Assembly: GCA_041600595.1 (NCBI GenBank)
Contig: JBFIJS010000001.1
Location: forward strand, 1 to 32,937
Direction of reading: 5' to 3'
Source of the DNA: Saprospiraceae bacterium
GTDB lineage: Bacteria; Bacteroidota; Bacteroidia; Chitinophagales; Saprospiraceae
DNA length: 32,937 bases
A program made the translations under genes and the position numbers. Of the stretch, positions 7,460 to 16,670 are shown piece after piece (the stretch's first letter is position 1; the number at the start of each line of letters is the position of its first letter). The notes under the pieces were generated by a model. It was not told the DNA's origin. It made no database searches and saw only the letters and a program-made list of their open reading frames with translations.

Positions 7460-7681
7460 GAATTCGACAACATTGGTGGCCAGGAAAGAGCATCGAACAT
7501 CATAAAAGCCCAACTTCCCTGGTCCTGGTAAGGCCATTTTCATCCACTGCATTGTAAATGAGGGTAACTGGGGAATGGAAGTCGCTCGGGTCGGGTACGC
7601 TGAGCGGATCGGGCGGTAAGCCTGCTGCTTCATTTATCAGAAGTGTGGTAAGGGAGATTTTTTTCTGAAAACCATTGTTTA

Positions 7682-7689
7682 TACCTTTG
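7682..7689 (+). promoter_or_regulatory. -7 promoter box TACCTTTG upstream of the membrane-protein gene
   Basis: Exact TAnnTTTG match about 73 nt upstream of the start at 7762. Confidence 0.35.
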
Positions 7690-7761
7690 GGCTGAATAAG
7701 ATGAGGCAGGCCTTATGGTTCGGTCTCTTTTCTCTTTGATCACCATACATTCACCAAGCCA

Positions 7762-8745
7762 GTGCTGACATTTTTCCGGACCAATCAACTGTTCTCAAGT
7801 ATATTTCTTGTTTTTTATGTTTTGATCCTGCGGTTCTCTGTATTCATGGCGCCTTTCAAATGGAGTCCATCCGGGGAAGGATTGCTGGCCGGGCTTTTAT
7901 ACGATTGGATCGGTTCTCAAACGTTTTTTGCACATATCCTGGCAATTTTATTATTGGTAATACAAGGCTTCCTGATAAACGCTATCGTAATCGAGAACAG
8001 GCTATCGAATGAAGTGAATTTGTTTCCCGGTGTATTCTATGTATTGATCAGCTGTTTGTTGCCTGACTTCCTGTACTTATCTCCCGTACTGATTGGCAAT
8101 ACGTTCATCCTGATAGCGTTGGTTGAGCTTTTCTCCACCTATAAAACTCCATCCTGTGCTGACAGAATCTTTAATGCTGGTTTTTGGACGGGGGTAGCGA
8201 GCTTGTTCTATGCTCCTTTCATCTTCTACTTCATTTTAGTCAACGCAGGCCTGAACATCCTGCGGGCATTTAATCTGAAAGAGCGGCTGATGGTTCTAAT
8301 CGGTTTATTGGTGCCTATTTTCCTCACGGGTCTTTATTATTTTTCTTTTGACAGGCTGGATTATTTCTGGGAAGTTCAATTTAAGGAGAATATCTCTTTT
8401 CTGGGCATAGAGGCAGGTGCCGGGGGATGGAATAATTATGTGAAGGTGTTATTGTTCGCAGGGTTTATTCTGTTTGCCGTAATCAATAATGGTAGTTATC
8501 TGACAAGAAGGAATATTCAGGCACAAAAGAAAATCAGCATTCTTTACTGGGTGATGATATCAGGTTTGTTTGGAGCGGCATTTCAAAAGAACCTGGCGCT
8601 TGAGCATTTTATTTTACTGGCTCCGGCCTTAGGTGTTTTTTTGGCGTTTACATTTACAGAGCTAAAACGCCAGTGGGCTGAATCGCTGCATTTCCTGATT
8701 CTATTAGCAGCTTTGGCCTTACAACTGATTCCATGGCAGTTGTAA
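7762..8745 (+). CDS. Polytopic integral membrane protein (resembles the Bacteroidota DUF6427 family from memory)
   Basis: 327 aa, about 9 hydrophobic helices, GTG start with N-terminus MLTFFRTNQLFSSIF. No catalytic motif recognised. Confidence 0.65.
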   Translation: MLTFFRTNQLFSSIFLVFYVLILRFSVFMAPFKWSPSGEGLLAGLLYDWIGSQTFFAHILAILLLVIQGFLINAIVIENRLSNEVNLFPGVFYVLISCLLPDFLYLSPVLIGNTFILIALVELFSTYKTPSCADRIFNAGFWTGVASLFYAPFIFYFILVNAGLNILRAFNLKERLMVLIGLLVPIFLTGLYYFSFDRLDYFWEVQFKENISFLGIEAGAGGWNNYVKVLLFAGFILFAVINNGSYLTRRNIQAQKKISILYWVMISGLFGAAFQKNLALEHFILLAPALGVFLAFTFTELKRQWAESLHFLILLAALALQLIPWQL

Positions 8746-8785
8746 GTGTAAGCAAAAGCTAAAACCGGGAAAACTCCGCCTCATT

Positions 8786-8814
8786 CTTGAAATAGTTACA
8801 ATAGTTTAATTTTG
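8786..8814 (+). promoter_or_regulatory. Bacteroidota-type promoter (-33 TTG, -7 TAATTTTG) for the cyclase gene
   Basis: TTG at 8786-8788, an 18-nt spacer, then TAATTTTG at 8807-8814, about 65 nt upstream of the GTG start. Confidence 0.5.
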
Positions 8815-8880
8815 TCGGCCCTCGTTGACTAACTTTGGGGACAAAGAACCCATTGATCCAAAATCAAATGCTTCTATTCA

Positions 8881-11800
8881 GTGAGAAACCTAATTCCACA
8901 ATTTATTCAGGAACAATTTGAGGCAGGCGTCGATACCGGACGCCTGACAGGTTATGCCATATTTGTGGATTTATCCGGATTCACCAAACTGACCGAAACG
9001 CTTTTAAAAGAAGGTAAAGCAGGTGCCGAAAGGCTTTCCGACATCCTCAATGCGATCTTTGAGCCAATGGTTTCCCTGGTATACGACCAGGGGGGCTTCA
9101 TTCCTCACTTTGCGGGCGATGCCTATTTTGGCATCTTTCCGTCCAGTATGACCCACCTCACGGCCGGGCAGGTTTTGGCCATTGCTGCTCAACATTTCCA
9201 ATTGCTGAAAGAAGCTTCCCAAAAGTTTCCGGATTTTGATATAAAGGTAAAAATTGGGATTTCACAAGGTGATATAGAATGGGGGATAGTGGGAAAAGAG
9301 CATAAGTCCTTTTATTTTAAGGGACAGGCAATCATGGGGTGTGCCAACAGTCAGTCTCACGCCGCTTCGCAGGAAATTATCGTTGACGAACATTTTGCAA
9401 AATGCCTGGAAAACCGTCAGGGGCTGGTTGCACTGGAAGAAGAAGGTTACTACAAAGCCAACCACGATACCAAGGTGCAGCTACCCAACAATGACAATGT
9501 GGAAAGAGGTACGCTACCTGGCCTCTCCAGAGCGGTGTTAAGTCGCTTCTTGCCCGAGCCGGTCATTCTGTTTAACCAGAAAGGAGAATTCCGATCAGTT
9601 GTTTCCGTATTTCTTTCCTTTGAAGGGCTCCTCGATTTTGCATCGTTGAACGAGTTCTCGGGGATTGTGCTGGAACAGGTAGCTAATTTTTCAGGCTATT
9701 TCAAAGAAATGGAATTTGCGGATAAAGGGGGAGTGATGGTTGTTTTGTTCGGGGCTCCGGTTTCTTACGAAAACAACTACGAAAGGGCTATTGAGTTTCT
9801 ATTGTCACTCGACGAAGAGCTGATGCCGCTGGAAAACCGATCCCAGTTGCGTCGCCGGGCCGGCGTAGCGACAGGCACGGCTTATACCGGTATGGTGGGA
9901 GGAAAACAACGGTGCCAGTATGCAGCAGTTGGCAATCGGGTCAATATTGCTGCCCGGATTATGATGCAGGCTGACTGGGGAGAAATACTGGTTGATGAAG
10001 AGATTCAGAAAGAACGCCAGTTCTTATTTCAACATAAAGGCGACATCGTTTACAAAGGCATTGAAGGACGAATCCCCACCTACCGGTTGGTTGGGCGGAA
10101 TGTAGAATACCGGCAAGTGTTCTCGGGGGTCATGGTGGGGCGGAATGCCGAAATCAAAAAATTGATCAAGACGGCAATAGAGGCAATAGAAAAACCAGCC
10201 CCGGCAGTGACCTACGTTTATGGAGAAGCGGGAATTGGTAAAACCAGACTGGCGTATGAGCTGCAGAACCAGTTGAAAAAGAAGAAACGGTTGCGCTGGG
10301 TGACCTGTCAAAGCGATCAGATTCTCCGCAAGCCTTTCAATCCGTTTATATATTTTTTGAAAAATTATTTCGGGCAGTCCTCGGATAACCATCAAAGTGC
10401 CAACCTCGATAATTTTGAACGTCGCTTTGGTGCCCTGGTCAATGAATTCATGTATGTCCAGCACGAAGAGGCCAACCGGATAAAGAGGGAAGTCATCAGA
10501 ACAAAGCCCGTCCTCGCTGCATTGACCTCGCTCAAGACGAATAACTCGCTGTGGGACAACCTGGACGCCAAAGGCCGGTACGAAAACACTATGGCCGCCC
10601 TTTCCAGTCTTTTAAAAGCCGAAGCTTTGCTGCGCCCCATGGTTATTGAATTGGAAGACGGGCATTGGTTTGATAAAAGTTCGATCGCATTCTTAAATGA
10701 TTTGGTGGGACAGGTTAGAAATTTCCCCATCTTCTTCCTCGTCACCTCCCGCTACGATGATGAAGGTAACAAGCCGGTCCTTTTTCAAAATGCATTGCTG
10801 GAAAAAAACGATATCAAGTTTTCAGAAATTGACCTCAATATTCTGGATGATGAAGCGATCAGGCAATTTGCTGAAGAAAGACTCGAAGGCAATATCGGAC
10901 AGGAACTTCAAGACCTGTTGTTGAAAGCGACAAATGGCAACCCCTTTTATGCCGAACAAGTGCTGGAATATTTCCTGGAAAGTGATCAATTGGTCAATGT
11001 AGGCGGAGAATGGACCGTCAAAGACAAGAGTGTCCGTGTGTCCGACAGCATCCAGGCTATTTTGACGGCCAGGATAGACCGCCTTTCAGCATTGGTGAAA
11101 GAAACGGTAAAAGCGGCAGCCGTAATCGGGCGCGAGTTTGAGCTGCCCATTTTGACAGAAATCATGAAAACCAGTGAAGTGTTCACTTCCTACAACGGAA
11201 ACTCTTCGCAGGTTTTAAAAGAGCAGATCAAATCTGCAGAAAAAGCACAGATCTGGCAGGCCGTCAACGAGTTGCGGTATATTTTCCGGCATGCATTATT
11301 GAGGGAGGCCGTGTATGACATGCAATTGAAGACGAGACTGAAAGAACTGCACAAGCTGATCGGGGAAGCCATTGAGGCCCTATACGCCTCCAATATTGAG
11401 CAGCACTATGTCGACCTCGTCTTTCACTACGAGCAGGCAGAAGTTGTCAATAAGCTGAAATACTATTTGTTAAAAGCGGCCGATCACGCCCGGGAGTTTT
11501 ACCAGAACGATCAAGCCATTGAATGTTATGACCGGCTGCTGACGTTGATGGAAAAAGATGGGGGAGCAGAAGGAAAGAGAATTTCCGAAGAGGTGGACAT
11601 TTACCTGAAGAAAGGAAGCATCCTTGAAATGACCGGTAAATGGAGTAAGGCAGAAAAACTTTACAGAAAAGCCCTTGAGCTGGCCCGAAAAACAGAAAAC
11701 GGAAATCTTCTTGGCAATGCAAACAACCAGCTTGGCTATCTGATGATGCTGAAGGGCAATTATGACGAAGCCGACTCATTCCTCGAGACAGCAGCAGCTT

Positions 11801-12924
11801 TTTTCGGGGCGATGCACGATAACAGAGGAACTTCAAATGTATTTGGTAACCTGGGTACCCTGTATTTCCGGCAGGGAAAATATGAAGATGCGAAGTTGTA
11901 TTTTATCCGCAGCATTCAGCTCGCACAGTTATACAAGCACACGTCTTCCAATGCACAAATCGTTGCCACCCTGGGACTTACCTATATGAACCTGGGAAAA
12001 TACGACGATGGAATCCGCTGGCAGCAAAACCAACTGGATCTTTGCAAAAAGGTGAATGACCGCCAGGGTATGGCCACTCTGTATGTGAACATGGGTATTG
12101 TTTATTTTGAAAAAGGAGATTTTGACAACGCCCTGGCATGTTATGAAAAAGGGCTGGAGCTGAGTGAAGAGCTGGGCAACAAGCAACTCACGGCCATTGC
12201 TATCGGCTCTATTGGTAACGTGTGGCAACGAAAAGGTAACTTTGAAATGGCCATGCAAAATTATCAGAAAGATCTGGTGTTGGTCGAAGAGCTGGGTGAC
12301 AAACAGGGTATCTCCATTGCTAATGGCCTGATCGGAGAGCTATACAGCATTATGGGAGAGTTTGACAAGGCGGTTGAATATTTGCAGCGCAACCTGAAAA
12401 TAAGTGTAGAATTAGGTTATCGAAAAGGAGTAGCGAAAGCATTAAACAGCCTTGGGGATATTTATTTTTATAAAAACGATTACAATACTTCAATTGATTA
12501 TTACGACCGCTGTATCACCGTGACCCGCAATATTGGCAATAAGCTGGTACTCGGCCAAAGCCTTTCCGAAAAAGCAACCGTACTTTTGGCGCAGGGAAAA
12601 ATCCGAAAAGCTAATGAGAATTTAAAAGAAGCTGCCCGTCTGGCCAAAGAGCTGGGGCATCCTGAGCTGCTCTTTGAATCGGAGTTGCTTGCTGCAAAAA
12701 TAGAACTTGCGGAAGGTAATACCCCGGGCTCGCGCCAAGCCCTTGAATCTCTGCTCGCCAACAACCCCAGCGATCAGGACCGGGGAGCAATCTACTTTGA
12801 ATTAAGCAAAATAGATAAGGCCTTCGTTTCCAAAGCATTAGATGTGTACCGGGCCCTCTTTGAAAGGACGCCTATGTTTGTTTTTAAAGTTAGGATAAAA
12901 GAGTTGATGGAGCGAACGTCGTAA
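8881..12924 (+). CDS. Multidomain signalling protein: two class III cyclase homology domains + P-loop NTPase (STAND-like) + TPR array
   Basis: CHD1 spans about aa 20-190 (FVDLSGFT, FAGDAYFGIF). CHD2 spans about aa 235-405 (LFGAP, AVGNRVNIAARI). Walker A GEAGIGKT is at aa 448-455 (nt 10222-10245). The C-terminal ~450 aa hold many 34-aa TPR-like repeats (G.Y..A...Y...L). GTG start. Confidence 0.85.
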   Translation: MRNLIPQFIQEQFEAGVDTGRLTGYAIFVDLSGFTKLTETLLKEGKAGAERLSDILNAIFEPMVSLVYDQGGFIPHFAGDAYFGIFPSSMTHLTAGQVLAIAAQHFQLLKEASQKFPDFDIKVKIGISQGDIEWGIVGKEHKSFYFKGQAIMGCANSQSHAASQEIIVDEHFAKCLENRQGLVALEEEGYYKANHDTKVQLPNNDNVERGTLPGLSRAVLSRFLPEPVILFNQKGEFRSVVSVFLSFEGLLDFASLNEFSGIVLEQVANFSGYFKEMEFADKGGVMVVLFGAPVSYENNYERAIEFLLSLDEELMPLENRSQLRRRAGVATGTAYTGMVGGKQRCQYAAVGNRVNIAARIMMQADWGEILVDEEIQKERQFLFQHKGDIVYKGIEGRIPTYRLVGRNVEYRQVFSGVMVGRNAEIKKLIKTAIEAIEKPAPAVTYVYGEAGIGKTRLAYELQNQLKKKKRLRWVTCQSDQILRKPFNPFIYFLKNYFGQSSDNHQSANLDNFERRFGALVNEFMYVQHEEANRIKREVIRTKPVLAALTSLKTNNSLWDNLDAKGRYENTMAALSSLLKAEALLRPMVIELEDGHWFDKSSIAFLNDLVGQVRNFPIFFLVTSRYDDEGNKPVLFQNALLEKNDIKFSEIDLNILDDEAIRQFAEERLEGNIGQELQDLLLKATNGNPFYAEQVLEYFLESDQLVNVGGEWTVKDKSVRVSDSIQAILTARIDRLSALVKETVKAAAVIGREFELPILTEIMKTSEVFTSYNGNSSQVLKEQIKSAEKAQIWQAVNELRYIFRHALLREAVYDMQLKTRLKELHKLIGEAIEALYASNIEQHYVDLVFHYEQAEVVNKLKYYLLKAADHAREFYQNDQAIECYDRLLTLMEKDGGAEGKRISEEVDIYLKKGSILEMTGKWSKAEKLYRKALELARKTENGNLLGNANNQLGYLMMLKGNYDEADSFLETAAAFFGAMHDNRGTSNVFGNLGTLYFRQGKYEDAKLYFIRSIQLAQLYKHTSSNAQIVATLGLTYMNLGKYDDGIRWQQNQLDLCKKVNDRQGMATLYVNMGIVYFEKGDFDNALACYEKGLELSEELGNKQLTAIAIGSIGNVWQRKGNFEMAMQNYQKDLVLVEELGDKQGISIANGLIGELYSIMGEFDKAVEYLQRNLKISVELGYRKGVAKALNSLGDIYFYKNDYNTSIDYYDRCITVTRNIGNKLVLGQSLSEKATVLLAQGKIRKANENLKEAARLAKELGHPELLFESELLAAKIELAEGNTPGSRQALESLLANNPSDQDRGAIYFELSKIDKAFVSKALDVYRALFERTPMFVFKVRIKELMERTS

Positions 12925-13031
12925 ATTAGGCTCATAAGTTTTCGTGCCATCTAGCGCATGGGAGCTAGAGGATGATCGGCCGATGTAAAATTTCTTGTCT
13001 CCGGACAAACAATTAATCTGCTCCGGATAAT

Positions 13032-13039
13032 TAGTTTTG
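13032..13039 (+). promoter_or_regulatory. -7 promoter box TAGTTTTG upstream of glgC
   Basis: Exact TAnnTTTG match about 125 nt upstream of the glgC ATG. No clear -33. Confidence 0.3.
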
Positions 13040-13163
13040 GAAAAATCACTTATTTTACCTTTTTCATTCCGTGCGATAAAAACGCACTGGTTTTTCAATG
13101 AAAAACTACATATCTCTGTCATCCTTTTACGAACAACCTTTATTCACATAAAACAATTTTTCT

Positions 13164-14468
13164 ATGGTCATAAAAATGATAAGTCTTATCCTCGGGGGAG
13201 GCGCAGGAACAAGGCTTTACCCACTCACTGAACAACGCTCCAAACCTGCTGTACCCATTGGAGGAAAGTACCGTCTGATCGATATTCCGATTTCTAACTG
13301 CCTCAATTCTGGCGTGAAGCGGATGTTTGTACTTACCCAGTTCAACTCGACATCGTTGAACCAACACATTAAAAACACCTACCATTTTGATGCATTTAAT
13401 TCTGGTTTTGTAGATATACTGGCAGCCGAACAGACCCAGGGCAGCGATAAGTGGTACCAGGGCACTGCCGATGCCGTAAGGCAGTCAAAAAGGCACCTGA
13501 CCAACAATGAATATGATTACATACTGATTCTTTCAGGCGATCAGTTGTACCAGATGGATTTTGAAAAACTGGCTCGATATCATATTGAAAAAGAAGCGGA
13601 TGTAACCATTGCGACTATACCTGTCGATGCAAAAGATGCGACGTCTTTCGGAATCATGAAAGTCAATAAAGACGGGATGATCGACTCTTTCGTAGAAAAA
13701 CCACCAACGAAAGAGCTGCCCAAGTGGAAATCGGCTGTTTCCAGTGAAAACAAAAAAGCAGGAAAAGAATACCTGGCCAGCATGGGGATTTATATTTTTT
13801 CGAAAAAAGCCATCTGGGACCTTTTCGATAAATATGACAAAGCGGTCGATTTTGGTAAAGAGATAATCCCGGCGGCTATAGCCGAACAGCGCAGGGTGGC
13901 GAGTTATGAGTATAACGGTTACTGGACCGACATTGGAAACATTTCTTCCTTTTTTGATGCCAACATCGCTCTAACCGACAACCTGCCCGACTTCAACCTT
14001 TTCGACAACGTAAAACCAATTTATACCCGTCCCAGAATGTTGCCTCCCAGCAAGTTCTTTGGAACGGTGTTCAGGAAAGTTGTCGTAGCGGAAGGCTGTA
14101 TCGTGCATGCAGAACGGATTGAGAGATCGCTGATCGGTATTCGTTCCCGAATCGGGCAATATACCGTTATCTCGAATGTGTACATGATGGGTAACGACTA
14201 CTTCCAGCGGTTAGAAGAAGTGACAGAGGAAGATGCCATTCCAATGGGGGTTGGTCGCCATTGTATCATTGAAAATGCTATCCTCGACAAAGACTGCCGC
14301 ATCGCTAATAATGTCGTCATCAGAGGGGCGAAAGATCTTCCTGATGAAGAGACAGAGACTTACTGCATCAGAGATGGGATTGTGGTGATTAAGAAACGTG
14401 CCGTCATACCTGCGGGGAGCAGAATCGGTGCACCCCCACCAAAAGACTGGACATTTGTTGGATCTTAA
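13164..14468 (+). CDS. glgC: Glucose-1-phosphate adenylyltransferase
   Basis: N-terminal ILGGGAGTRLYPLTEQRSKPAVPIGGKYRLIDIPISNC signature, followed by a C-terminal left-handed beta-helix region. The start could instead be the ATG at 13176. Confidence 0.9.
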   Translation: MVIKMISLILGGGAGTRLYPLTEQRSKPAVPIGGKYRLIDIPISNCLNSGVKRMFVLTQFNSTSLNQHIKNTYHFDAFNSGFVDILAAEQTQGSDKWYQGTADAVRQSKRHLTNNEYDYILILSGDQLYQMDFEKLARYHIEKEADVTIATIPVDAKDATSFGIMKVNKDGMIDSFVEKPPTKELPKWKSAVSSENKKAGKEYLASMGIYIFSKKAIWDLFDKYDKAVDFGKEIIPAAIAEQRRVASYEYNGYWTDIGNISSFFDANIALTDNLPDFNLFDNVKPIYTRPRMLPPSKFFGTVFRKVVVAEGCIVHAERIERSLIGIRSRIGQYTVISNVYMMGNDYFQRLEEVTEEDAIPMGVGRHCIIENAILDKDCRIANNVVIRGAKDLPDEETETYCIRDGIVVIKKRAVIPAGSRIGAPPPKDWTFVGS

Positions 14469-14494
14469 TGCAGTTTATTCTCAAGGAATGGAAG

Positions 14495-14529
14495 GCCACA
14501 CCTCGCGGGTTTTGTCCGTGAGGTGTGGC
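14495..14529 (+). other. Strong GC-rich hairpin between glgC and the ATP-grasp gene (terminator or processing site without a T-run)
   Basis: GCCACACCTC (14495-14504) pairs perfectly with GAGGTGTGGC (14520-14529) around a 15-nt loop. No U-tract follows. Confidence 0.4.
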
Positions 14530-14575
14530 ACTCCACTCCACCATTTCCCACCTTTAATATCGAAACTACTCAATT

Positions 14576-15766
14576 ATGGCAACCTTCCTTTGCATCTCAT
14601 GCGAATTCAAAGGCTCTGATTTCCTTATAAGCTGTAAGAAAGCTGGCAATAAGGTCTTTCTGATAACCACTAAAGACACTGAAAATAAACCCTGGCCGCG
14701 AGAGGCTCTCGACGACATTTTTTTTATGGATGAAGTCGTTCATGGTACCTGGAATATGGAACACTTTACGGCTGGGCTGGCCTACTTTATGCGTTCAAAT
14801 AAAGTAGATAAAATCGTCGCTTTAGATGATTTTGATGTGGAAGAAGCTGCAGAACTCAGGGAGCATTTTCGTATTCCCGGTATGGGGCAAACGACCTCCC
14901 GCCATTTTCGGGATAAGTTGGCCATGAGAATGAAAGCGACGGAAGCCGATCTCATGGTTCCGGGGTTTTCGGCCCTGTTCAATGACCAGGAAATCCATGA
15001 TTTTACACAAAGGGTTTCGCCTCCATATATGTTGAAGCCCCGCTTTGAAGCTGCTGCAAAAGGCATCGTTAAAGTTCATACGGCAGATGAACTGTGGCAG
15101 GCTATTCACGGCCTTGGAGATAAACGTCATAACTATTTGGTGGAACAGTTCCGGCCCGGAGATATTTATCATGTGGATGCCCTGTCTTTTGGGGGGAAAG
15201 TATTGTTTACCAGGGTTTCTCAATATTTGAGCACCCCGTGGGATGTTGCTCATGGCGGAGGAATTTTTCGGTCAGTTGTCAGTAAGTTTGGTTCAAATGA
15301 TGAAAAAGAGCTAACCAAACTAAACGAGGGAGTGATGAAGGCATTTGGTATGCAGTACAGTGCTTCTCACACCGAGTTTATTAAGTCGAAAGATGACGGC
15401 AAGTTTTATTTTCTCGAAACCTCTTCCAGGGTAGGAGGGGCCAATCTGGCCGAAATGGTTGAATTTGCCTCGGGTATTAATTTATGGAGTGAGTGGGCTA
15501 AGATCGAAACCGCTGCCGTAACCGGCAACACCTACAAGTTGCCGAAAACCAGAAAAGGTTACGCTGGCATCATTACTTCCCTTTCCCGTTTTGAAAAGCC
15601 TGATTATTCCGCCTTTAACGACCCGGAAGTTGTTTGGAGAAATGACAAGGAATACCACATTGGATTGATTGTCCAATCAGACAACCAGGAAAGGATTCTG
15701 GAGCTGCTGGATAAGTATGCCGGCGTCATAAAGGAGAATTTTCACGCGTCCCTGCCAAATGTTTAG
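14576..15766 (+). CDS. ATP-grasp domain protein (carboxylate-amine ligase-like), substrate unknown
   Basis: 396 aa. The N-terminal pre-ATP-grasp-like region is followed by a central fold (MLKPRFEAAAKGIVKV, YLVEQF, HTEFIKSKDDGKFYFLETSSRVGGANLAEMV) that resembles ATP-grasp nucleotide and Mg-binding segments. Confidence 0.75.
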   Translation: MATFLCISCEFKGSDFLISCKKAGNKVFLITTKDTENKPWPREALDDIFFMDEVVHGTWNMEHFTAGLAYFMRSNKVDKIVALDDFDVEEAAELREHFRIPGMGQTTSRHFRDKLAMRMKATEADLMVPGFSALFNDQEIHDFTQRVSPPYMLKPRFEAAAKGIVKVHTADELWQAIHGLGDKRHNYLVEQFRPGDIYHVDALSFGGKVLFTRVSQYLSTPWDVAHGGGIFRSVVSKFGSNDEKELTKLNEGVMKAFGMQYSASHTEFIKSKDDGKFYFLETSSRVGGANLAEMVEFASGINLWSEWAKIETAAVTGNTYKLPKTRKGYAGIITSLSRFEKPDYSAFNDPEVVWRNDKEYHIGLIVQSDNQERILELLDKYAGVIKENFHASLPNV

Positions 15767-16236
15767 GAAAATTGTTGGTCATCAAGCAGTAAAAGGGCCT
15801 CATTTTCTTTTTGCCGCATCGTTTTTATCTCCTCTTCTGATTTATCTCCGTATCCGCAAAGGTGCAACAAGCCATGGGCCATTACGCGGTAGAGTTCGTT
15901 TAACAACGAAACTTTAAATTGCTTTGCGTTTTCTTTTATCCGGTCTATACTGATGAAAACATCGCCCTCAATGAGGGGGGGGGCAGCGTATGGAAAAGTG
16001 ATGACATCGGTGAGGGTATCATGATTGAGATATTCGACATTCATCTCGAATAAATATTCATCAGAGCAAAAAATAAAATTGAGCGAGCAGAGTTCTTTCT
16101 CTTCTCGCTCAATTACTTTTTTTAACCAGGTTTCGATGAAATTTTCATTTTCCAATTGAAAGTTTGTGTCTTCGGAGGAAAACGAGATGACACCTTTTTC
16201 TTCGGAGTACGAAGGGAATTTGATAGGAGGAGGCAT
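15763..16236 (-). CDS. ybeY: rRNA maturation endoribonuclease YbeY
   Basis: 157 aa with the zinc-binding signature HGLLHLCGYGD. Its stop overlaps the ATP-grasp stop by 4 nt (convergent). Confidence 0.9.
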   Translation of the reverse strand: MPPPIKFPSYSEEKGVISFSSEDTNFQLENENFIETWLKKVIEREEKELCSLNFIFCSDEYLFEMNVEYLNHDTLTDVITFPYAAPPLIEGDVFISIDRIKENAKQFKVSLLNELYRVMAHGLLHLCGYGDKSEEEIKTMRQKENEALLLLDDQQFS

Positions 16237-16283
16237 TTAAAGTTGGAAGCCGGATTGTTGAAAGTGCCAAATGGCTTGTAAGG

Positions 16284-16670
16284 CTAGAGTTTAAACCTCA
16301 TTTCTACTGTACTACCATTATTGTAAAAACGTATAGCATCGGCTAACTGTCGCATCAGGTAGACACCTCTGCCACCGCATTTGCAAATGTTTTCAGGAGT
16401 TGTCGGATCCGGTAGATTGTTGAAATCGAACCCACAGCCTTCGTCAGAAACTCGCAATGCCAGGATACCCTTCTCTTGCTTTAATTTGACTCTGACGGTT
16501 TTGTCCTCTTTTCGGCAATTACCATGTACAATGGCATTGGTAACAGCTTCAGTTAAGCTGACCAAAATATCGCATTGCCTGTCGGGACTTAAATTGTAGC
16601 GGCTGACCAATTTCTGGACAAATGGTTCTACCTTGGAAACGCTTCCAGCGTTAGATGCGAGTTTTAACAT
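16284..16670 (-). CDS. RsbW/SpoIIAB-like anti-sigma regulatory factor (HATPase_c serine kinase)
   Basis: 128 aa with N-box EAVTNAIVHG, G1 DEGCGF and G2 GGRGVYLM. It lies 47 nt upstream of ybeY on the same strand. Confidence 0.8.
   Translation of the reverse strand: MLKLASNAGSVSKVEPFVQKLVSRYNLSPDRQCDILVSLTEAVTNAIVHGNCRKEDKTVRVKLKQEKGILALRVSDEGCGFDFNNLPDPTTPENICKCGGRGVYLMRQLADAIRFYNNGSTVEMRFKL

Noticed and set aside
7460-7640. Cobalamin, TPP or other riboswitch in the GC-richer segment
   Set aside because: Only fragments resemble known cores (CCACTG, GCTGAG, GGGAA). The full B12 box, and the TPP CTGAGA...ACCTGATCTGGATAATGCCAGCG core, are absent.
12838-13122. 94-aa reverse-strand ORF between the cyclase gene and glgC
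   Set aside because: It overlaps the cyclase 3' end, lies in an AT-rich spacer and has no motifs. It is probably spurious.
14468-14521. 17-codon ORF (MQFILKEWKATPRGFCP) as a possible RiPP/graspetide precursor for the ATP-grasp enzyme
   Set aside because: It overlaps the glgC stop, and most of it is the 10-bp hairpin. It lacks the Thr/Ser/Lys plus Asp/Glu-rich core expected of graspetide precursors.
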